Assembly: GCA_016699515.1 (NCBI GenBank)
Contig: CP064978.1
Span: 682,554-746,553 of the forward strand
DNA length: 64,000 nt
From: Candidatus Peregrinibacteria bacterium
Lineage (GTDB): Bacteria; Patescibacteriota; Gracilibacteria; UM-FILTER-43-11
Direction: 5' to 3'
Shown here: positions 58,437 through 64,000 of the stretch, in pieces
How the letters are laid out: each line of letters starts with the position of its first letter
Numbering within the stretch: position 1 is the first letter of the stretch
Notes under the pieces: generated by a model
The model's input: the letters and a program-made list of their open reading frames with translations, nothing else
The model's database searches: none
What the model was told of the DNA's origin: nothing
Position numbers and translations under genes: made by a program

Positions 58437-59255
58437 TTAAAATAGTGGAATGGCCTGATATCTGCGGTCTCTTTCGGTAAAACGGATCGGTTTGCAGTTG
58501 CCCATGATTCTTGAGGCAATCTGCGGCTTATAGGTTTTCGCGAGGTCTTCCAGAGAGAGATTGGAGGTGATAATCATCGGCTTTCGGTTCTTCCAACGAT
58601 GGTCGATGATCTGGTACATCTGGTCGGACATCCAGTCTGAGTATTTCTCAACGCCCACGTCATCAAGCACAAGCAGTTCCATTTCCTTCATGCGTTCGAA
58701 GAGTTTTGAGTCTTCGGATTTGATGTCGCTGTCGAAGGTGTTTTTCACTCGGGTGATCGTCTCTGGCATATTCAGGAACAGGACTTCGACCATTTCGCGT
58801 TCCATCAGTTCGTTGGCCAGCACTATGGCGGCATGCGTCTTTCCAGCGCCCACGTTTCCCCAGAAGTAGAAGCCATATCCGTTCTGTTTCATCGCTTTCC
58901 AGTTTTTCAAATACTTGGTTATCTCGTCGTGCAGTTTTTGATTTCCTTTGAGGTCAGGCAGTTTCTTGGATCGGAACAGTCCTTCAATGCCAGAGATTTT
59001 GAGGGCGCGGTCGATCCTGTCTTGCTTCCACGTTCTCAGATTCGCTTGCTGCGCAGGTTCGCTTTTCCATGAGTCGAACATCGCTCGGCCTTTGTCGCAT
59101 TCGGGGCAGTAGTGCTTATCGCTCATGCCGTAGCATTGGTAGCTCACCGAGCTGTCGGTAAAGCCCCGATCGCGGCAGTCCCTACACGACCAAGTCGGCG
59201 CGTCCTTCGGTGGAAACGTGGCCGCTTCCTTGATGATTTCGCTGATTTTTTCCAT
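58437..59255 (-). CDS. DnaC/IstB-like AAA+ helicase loader with an N-terminal Cys-rich finger
   Basis: Walker A is GNVGAGKTH and Walker B is LLVLDDVG. It also has MIITSNL. The N-terminus contains CRDCRD...CPECD. Confidence 0.7.
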   Translation of the reverse strand: MEKISEIIKEAATFPPKDAPTWSCRDCRDRGFTDSSVSYQCYGMSDKHYCPECDKGRAMFDSWKSEPAQQANLRTWKQDRIDRALKISGIEGLFRSKKLPDLKGNQKLHDEITKYLKNWKAMKQNGYGFYFWGNVGAGKTHAAIVLANELMEREMVEVLFLNMPETITRVKNTFDSDIKSEDSKLFERMKEMELLVLDDVGVEKYSDWMSDQMYQIIDHRWKNRKPMIITSNLSLEDLAKTYKPQIASRIMGNCKPIRFTERDRRYQAIPLF

Positions 59256-59365
59256 AATTTTGTGAATTAAATTTGGCGGCATTTTGCTGCCAAGTCGCAA
59301 AGCGCCTGTCGACCTCTAACGTTTTTTCAAGTTCCCAGCGCTGCTTCGTGCCCGACTTATTTTTC

Positions 59366-59980
59366 TCAGTCCAGTAGTTGTAAAATTTTTTGGCGTTCGT
59401 CGTTTTCGTTCAATTGTTCGTCTTCAATTTTTTTGAAAAACTTTCTTGCCTTTTGGGCGGGTGAAATTTCGCCAGAAATTTCTGCACCCTCTTCTTCCTC
59501 TCCTATACTTTTCTTCTCTTTACTATCCTTTACTTTACTTTGTGGTGTTTCGGCGGACGGTAATCCTTTCAGCGCGGGTTTCTGCTTACATTTAATCGAT
59601 AAATGTTTGCACAAATCCTGTTTCGTCATGCACTTTCTTTTTCGTCTCTCGTAGACGCTTTGCAGGTTGTTGACGAAGTTCTCGCTGAAGATGATCCTTT
59701 GCGCCCACATGTCGGTATCAAAAGTTCCGAGCGTGGTTAGCAGCTCCATGATTTCTTCCGCCTTATCTCGGCTCACCTTGGTTATTGCGAGCAGATACTC
59801 GTAGTCGGCGGGTTTTCTGCAGTCAATAAAGTGGTTTTCGGTCTTGCCCAATATTTCCAAAATTTTGAACAGAAAAGCATAGCCATCGTTTCCAAAACGC
59901 TGCTCAACCGTAAACAGCGTTTTACCGCTGTTCACATAGTGAGGAAAATAATCGACTGTGTTCTTTTCTGGTCTCGCCAT
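59366..59980 (-). CDS. replication initiator / replisome organizer (DUF4373, Lin1244-like N-terminal domain)
   Basis: The sequence reads VDYFPHYVNSGKTLFTVEQRFGNDGYAFLFKILEIL. The gene sits directly upstream of the loader. Confidence 0.55.
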   Translation of the reverse strand: MARPEKNTVDYFPHYVNSGKTLFTVEQRFGNDGYAFLFKILEILGKTENHFIDCRKPADYEYLLAITKVSRDKAEEIMELLTTLGTFDTDMWAQRIIFSENFVNNLQSVYERRKRKCMTKQDLCKHLSIKCKQKPALKGLPSAETPQSKVKDSKEKKSIGEEEEGAEISGEISPAQKARKFFKKIEDEQLNENDERQKILQLLD

Positions 59981-59983
59981 AGG

Positions 59984-61114
59984 TTAAATAATTAATTTTT
60001 CGATGATATATTCCACTACGGAAACGGTGACTGCGTTTCCCAGTGTTTTGTATCTCTGTGCATTTGAGATTTTAATTTTCACTCCGTTTTCTCCAATTCC
60101 GAATTCCGTCCACCCGTCAGGGAATGACTGAAGTCTCTCGCACTCAAGAGGAGTGAGACGACGAATGCTGTGTCCAGTAACGCCCAGTTCGGGAACGCGT
60201 CCGCTTCTTAAACAGCCTCTATTGTCGCGTCCGTCTCGTAAAATAAGTTCTTTCACCATCGGTTCATGCCCGTGACTTTGGGCTTTTAGCGTCAGACTAA
60301 TATCCATTTCGACTGGTGACTTATTTTTATGACCGTAATGAGCCAGTATTTTGGGTTGTCTCATGCCACCCTGCATTGTATTGAGAGTCGGGGAAATTCC
60401 TTCAGAGCTGTAAACGCGGTCGTTTGAATGTTTTGGATTGTTGATCTGATTAATTCCATGACGATCCTGTGACGTAAGCGTAAACGCAACATCTCCATCA
60501 TTTTTGAAACGCCTGCCATGTTGTCTTTTTTTGATTCTGTCTGGCGTTAAAACTGGCACTACGCCTGTTTGAGCAATTCGACCGTTTGCTCGCGCGAGAG
60601 GAAATATTTTTCGTCTGGGGAGTCTTCCAAAATATCCAATAATGAACACTCTTTCCCGATTCTGTGGGACTCCGAAATTTTTGCTGTTAAGAACCTGCCA
60701 CTCGAAGCTATACCCCAGCTCTGCAATCGCTTTGGTGACAGTCGCAAAAGTTTTTCCGTTGTCGTGAGAAAGCAATCCTTTAACATTTTCAAACAAGAAG
60801 CATCGAGGCTGTTTGATTCGCAAAATTCTCGCAAGGTCAAAAAATAACCCACCTCTGGCATCGGAAAATCCACCGCGTTTTCCAGCGATTGAAAAAGCCT
60901 GACAAGGGAATCCTCCGACAAGGAGGTCGAAGTCTGGCAGTTCGCTCGGATTGATTTTAGTGATGTCTCCATAATTTGGGTTATTAAATTTTAACTTGTA
61001 AATCTGCTCCGCAAACCTATCAATTTCAGAGTGCCCGACGACTTCAATTCCGTTTATCTGAAGCGCGAGATCGAATCCGCCAATGCCCGAAAATGTAGAG
61101 AAAGCTTTCATCAT
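59984..61114 (-). CDS. DNA (cytosine-5) methyltransferase (orphan, early region)
   Basis: The start was trimmed to MMKAFSTFSGIGGFD. The motifs are GGFPCQAFS, ENVKGL, QNRERVFIIG, CERLQSFPDGW and GNAVTV. The longer tracked form (to 61402) overlaps the upstream gene. Confidence 0.85.
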   Translation of the reverse strand: MMKAFSTFSGIGGFDLALQINGIEVVGHSEIDRFAEQIYKLKFNNPNYGDITKINPSELPDFDLLVGGFPCQAFSIAGKRGGFSDARGGLFFDLARILRIKQPRCFLFENVKGLLSHDNGKTFATVTKAIAELGYSFEWQVLNSKNFGVPQNRERVFIIGYFGRLPRRKIFPLARANGRIAQTGVVPVLTPDRIKKRQHGRRFKNDGDVAFTLTSQDRHGINQINNPKHSNDRVYSSEGISPTLNTMQGGMRQPKILAHYGHKNKSPVEMDISLTLKAQSHGHEPMVKELILRDGRDNRGCLRSGRVPELGVTGHSIRRLTPLECERLQSFPDGWTEFGIGENGVKIKISNAQRYKTLGNAVTVSVVEYIIEKLII

Positions 61115-61124
61115 GTGTTCGGTG

Positions 61125-62084
61125 TTAAATATCCAAAGCTTCCGCTCCTTTGTCCGAGTAACGGTTTTGCTGGATCGTTTTGATTTCGCCAAGCGTCCAT
61201 TGTCTCTGTGTATCGACCTCCTCGCAGAAGTCCTGCCATGATTCTTCCCAGCCGAAAGCGGCGAATGGATTTGGTAGGAATTGCACGATGCCCGTCTCTT
61301 CATCGATGAGCGGTTGGCCAGCAAGTTCGCGCACCACGCGTCCGTAGATTTCCAGAAAGCGTTGTAGGATTGTCGGGGTGTATTCGACCACGTAAGGCAC
61401 AATTTGCGGCGACCCGTCGCGGCACTTTGTTTTCTTGATCTGGTCGAAGATCATTCGCTTTGGATTCACTCCGAATTCTTTGCGGATCAGGAACCAGTAG
61501 ACGGCCGCTTGCATTTCGAAGGCTGGAGCCATTTCACTTTGCTCTTTGACCATGGTCACCATTTTGTGGTCGACGATGATGTAGTCTTCGCCGTCCTTTA
61601 CGATCAGGTCGCAGAATCCTTTAAGGGCAATCGGCATGCTTTTGCCTTCGAGGTCTTCGAAGTCGGATACGAATTTCTTTTCCACAGCCACGATCTCTTC
61701 GTAGGCAGGGAGCGCTGCTCGGTAAAATTCCACCGCTTGCTTCACGCTTGCTGCAGATTTCTCAAAGCTGCCAGTTTTGCCCCAATCGATAGCTCCAGCG
61801 GTATCTTTATTTCCAAAGTCGGTTAAGGCAAGGAATATTGCATCTTCCCATGCAAAGTTAAGTGTTCCTGCCTGTACGGATCTCCAATACGCTTCGATAA
61901 TGGCATGCAGCGCTTTGCCTTCAAGCAGTGAAGGACTTTCTCTTTCGTCGAATTCAAGGCGCACATAGCGCCTGAAGAACGACTGTCTGTCAGTCAGGTA
62001 GTTGCGAATCGCGGACATCGACAGGTATGGCACTGGGAAGTTCGCGAGCTGCGATTTAGTGATTAAAGTTTTCATAGTTTTCAT
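61125..62084 (-). CDS. PD-(D/E)XK (RecB/Cas4-like) exonuclease
   Basis: The start was trimmed to MKTMKTLITK. The motifs are GFCDLIV, YIIVDHKM and MQAAVYWFL. Confidence 0.65.
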   Translation of the reverse strand: MKTMKTLITKSQLANFPVPYLSMSAIRNYLTDRQSFFRRYVRLEFDERESPSLLEGKALHAIIEAYWRSVQAGTLNFAWEDAIFLALTDFGNKDTAGAIDWGKTGSFEKSAASVKQAVEFYRAALPAYEEIVAVEKKFVSDFEDLEGKSMPIALKGFCDLIVKDGEDYIIVDHKMVTMVKEQSEMAPAFEMQAAVYWFLIRKEFGVNPKRMIFDQIKKTKCRDGSPQIVPYVVEYTPTILQRFLEIYGRVVRELAGQPLIDEETGIVQFLPNPFAAFGWEESWQDFCEEVDTQRQWTLGEIKTIQQNRYSDKGAEALDI

Positions 62085-62103
62085 CGTTAAGATTGGTAAA
62101 AAA

Positions 62104-63068
62104 TTAAGAATCCCACCTAAAGCCGTTGCCGAAATGTCCCCATTCGGCGGTCGACTCATAGATGGGCTGATCAAGTTCAAGAACCTCGATGATGGCTTGC
62201 GGTGTGAACCGTTCCAAATCGAGTTCCTCTTCTTTGCCGTCAATTATCGCAGTAGCTTGTACTGGTTTTTCTTGTCCGATCGCGTAGGCAATGAAGACAG
62301 TAACTTCTTTGGCATTTCTTTCTTTGAGGAGTCTCACGGCTTCTTGTCGGGCTTTATAGGCGCCTGAGCGGTCAACTTTCGTTGCGTCTTTGCCCGAGAA
62401 GGCTCCGCCGCCCACAGGCACGCGGCTTCCGTAGGCATCGACCACTATTTTTCTTCCCGTCAGTCCCGTGTCGGCCTCAAATCCGCCCTTATCCCAATCG
62501 CCAGCGGAGTTCATCGTGATTTGCGCGTTTTTCACGAAGGTGATCTTTTCTTTCTCGACCCAGAGCATGATTTCTTTGTAGAGCTTGGCTGATGTGATGT
62601 TTCGCCATGAGGCAATTATCACGGCCACCTTGCCGTCTTCACCCATGGTGATCTGGGTTTTGCCGTCATCGGGATGAAGCTCGTACAGGTGTTTGCAAAG
62701 GCTTCGGGCTAGGGTATTGCTCTTGTGGAATGAGCGCTTCGTTTTCATTGCAGGCATAGCCGACCATGATGCCTTGGTCGCCAGCTCCGCCTTGATCGAC
62801 GCCTTGCGCGATCTCCGGGCGATTGGTTTACGAGATGGATATTGCATTCGAGATTGCCAGCGATTCTGCGGACAATTTCCCGAATGTTTGGTTTTTGCGT
62901 TTGATGTTACTTCGCCCATCACTTGGATGAGCTCATGCCACCCATGACCTCGATGGCACAACGTGCGTTCTTGTCTTCTTTGAGATACGCGTCGAGAATT
63001 GCGTCCGAGATTCGGTCGCACATTTTGTCGGGGTGCATTGGGCTGACGCTTTCAGCGGTTCGTAGCAT
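62104..63068 (-). pseudogene. metK: phage-encoded S-adenosylmethionine synthetase, interrupted by 4 frameshifts within about 260 nt
   Basis: The N-terminus is [26 protein letters not shown]. The middle blocks, read in other frames, are [31 protein letters not shown] and [13 protein letters not shown]. The C-terminus is DTGLTGRKIVVDAYG...GGGAFSGKDATKVDRSGAY...AEWGHFG. Confidence 0.8.
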
Positions 63069-63072
63069 AGTT

Positions 63073-63495
63073 TTAAGAGTTAGATTTATAGGGATTGTTT
63101 TCTTTGAGGCGTTCGTACTCGGTGAGCACATCTTTGGCGGCCTCGGGATCATTCACTTCGAGCCAAAGCAGATTCGAGACGATGTCGTGCTTGATGTCTC
63201 TGTCCCAGATTTTTTCGATCTCTTCGTCCGTATATCCTTTTTGGCTCAGGTAGTTGTAATCCTCTTCGTCGTAGTAGCGGTGGGTATAGACGCTGCGCGG
63301 ATGTTTGCTCTCGGCTTTCTTGAGCAACATTTCGCGGGCTTCCATGGCCATTTCGCGCCGAGGGTAGGCATGCGAGAATATTCCGTTGATGAGTGTCACA
63401 AAGTTGCCGTGCTCATCCTTTTCTTGGATTGCCCACCAACGTTCTTTCTTGCCGTTGTTGCTTGCCTCGACGGGGCGAATATGAAGTTTTTTCAT
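63073..63495 (-). CDS. hypothetical protein
   Basis: 140-aa ORF with no recognised motif. Confidence 0.4.
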   Translation of the reverse strand: MKKLHIRPVEASNNGKKERWWAIQEKDEHGNFVTLINGIFSHAYPRREMAMEAREMLLKKAESKHPRSVYTHRYYDEEDYNYLSQKGYTDEEIEKIWDRDIKHDIVSNLLWLEVNDPEAAKDVLTEYERLKENNPYKSNS

Positions 63496-63516
63496 AGTAG
63501 GATTGGTTAATTATTG

Positions 63517-64000
63517 TTATCCTGCTAAGGCAGGTGATTTCTTCATCTGCTTCACGGAAACTTCCTGCGCTTTAGTCGGTTCGGGAAGTTTCTTTAGTTC
63601 AGCGATTTTTTCCTCGCAGCGCTTGATGAAGTCCTTGGCTTCCTTTTCGGTCAGTTCGGTTGAGCTTTCCTTGTTGTAGTTTTTGAGGAAGGTCAGCTTG
63701 CGCGTCGCTTCGGATTTCTCGGGCGAGAATTTCAGTTCGCCCGTATCGGTGCGTTCGTCTGGGTATTTCTCGATGTACAAGTCCCAGAGTTCGCCCCATG
63801 CGGCAAAAAGCGCTTCACCCGTTTTCGGTTGGATGCGCTTTTCTTCTTTAGGTTGAGGTAATGGTTTGGCTGGTTCTTCCCATGCTTCGGTTTCGTCGTA
63901 GGTTCCGCGAAGAGTTGCTGGAAGGCCATGCGGAGTCCTTGAGCTTCGGCCACCTTCTTGATCATGGTTGCTGGTTTGCCGATCCAGAGGCTTTTGCCCG
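63517..64000 (-). CDS. Bet/RecT-type single-strand annealing protein; C-terminal part only, the gene enters from the right edge; frameshift near 63917-63925
   Basis: The sequence KSLWIGKPATMIKKVAEAQGLRMAF|PATLRGTYDETEA resembles the ...ARLAFG..G.YD.DE block of lambda Bet. After a CC-to-CCC correction the frame runs into ORF 63517..63780. Confidence 0.5.
   Translation of the reverse strand, partial: GQKPLDRQTSNHDQEGGRSSRTPHGLPATLRGTYDETEAWEEPAKPLPQPKEEKRIQPKTGEALFAAWGELWDLYIEKYPDERTDTGELKFSPEKSEATRKLTFLKNYNKESSTELTEKEAKDFIKRCEEKIAELKKLPEPTKAQEVSVKQMKKSPALAG

Larger units (their letters stand above)
27365..64000 (-). mobile_element. siphovirus-type phage/prophage genome segment of at least 36.6 kb, truncated by the window
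   Basis: More than 40 co-oriented genes sit in canonical order: recombination and replication, packaging, head, tail, fibres, lysis. No integrase or att repeat lies inside the window, so integration is inferred only from the adjoining chromosomal genes. Confidence 0.85.

Noticed and set aside
61115-61402. The N-terminal extension of the early m5C MTase ORF (tracked as 472 aa, 59984..61402).
   Set aside because: The extension overlaps the 3' end of the PD-(D/E)XK exonuclease gene in another frame and is Arg/Ser-rich. Motif I (FSGIGG) follows directly after the internal MMKAFS start at 61114.
1-64000. Use of an alternative genetic code (UGA or UAG reassignment) as the explanation for the many broken genes.
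   Set aside because: The breaks are frame changes, not in-frame stops. Intact genes terminate normally at TGA (for example fmt at 1717-1719 and MuF at 52317-52319). Only one in-frame TAA was found.
61125-64000. Treating the Bet-like gene together with the PD-(D/E)XK exonuclease as something novel.
   Set aside because: This is a standard lambda-Red/RecET-type recombination module of temperate phages. Only the intervening metK is unusual, and it is reported separately.

Overview
The window has two parts. Positions 1-27135 are ordinary bacterial chromosome: a DHH phosphoesterase, fmt, clpC, chorismate mutase, a SpoU methyltransferase, proB-proC-proA, purQ fused to PurS-like repeats, ComF, an IS200/RAYT-like HUH transposase, ABC-F, a dockerin-bearing surface protein of about 1,290 aa, an RRM protein, ccdA, an ECF sigma with a membrane partner, secG, a decayed family-5 SBP and rplI. 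There is no rRNA, tRNA or CRISPR, and the lineage cannot be determined from this window. After a 229-bp gap (27136-27364), a siphovirus-type phage or prophage fills 27365-64000, entirely on the minus strand, and runs off the right edge. In transcription order it encodes a Bet-like annealing protein, metK, a PD-(D/E)XK exonuclease, an m5C MTase, a DUF4373 initiator, a DnaC-like loader and DUF1064, then a terminator. The late genes follow: ParB-MTase, TerS, TerL, portal and MuF; a cargo island; then scaffold, capsid, connectors, tail tube, G/T chaperones, TMP, Dit, Tal, fibres and an SLH-endolysin. The standout is that AT-rich, tightly packed cargo island (44849-52290), wedged between the head-morphogenesis and scaffold genes with its own promoter-like hexamers and terminator. 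It encodes two m5C MTases flanking a DUF3883 nuclease, a 922-aa PHP-nuclease/Rad50-like ABC ATPase fusion, a Cas4-like nuclease, and an untracked 48-aa hyper-acidic ORF. I consider it a candidate composite defence or exclusion system. Caveat: I traced about 25 frame disruptions across the window, mostly at short homopolymers, so pseudogene calls are provisional. All function calls rest on motifs read by eye, not on database searches.
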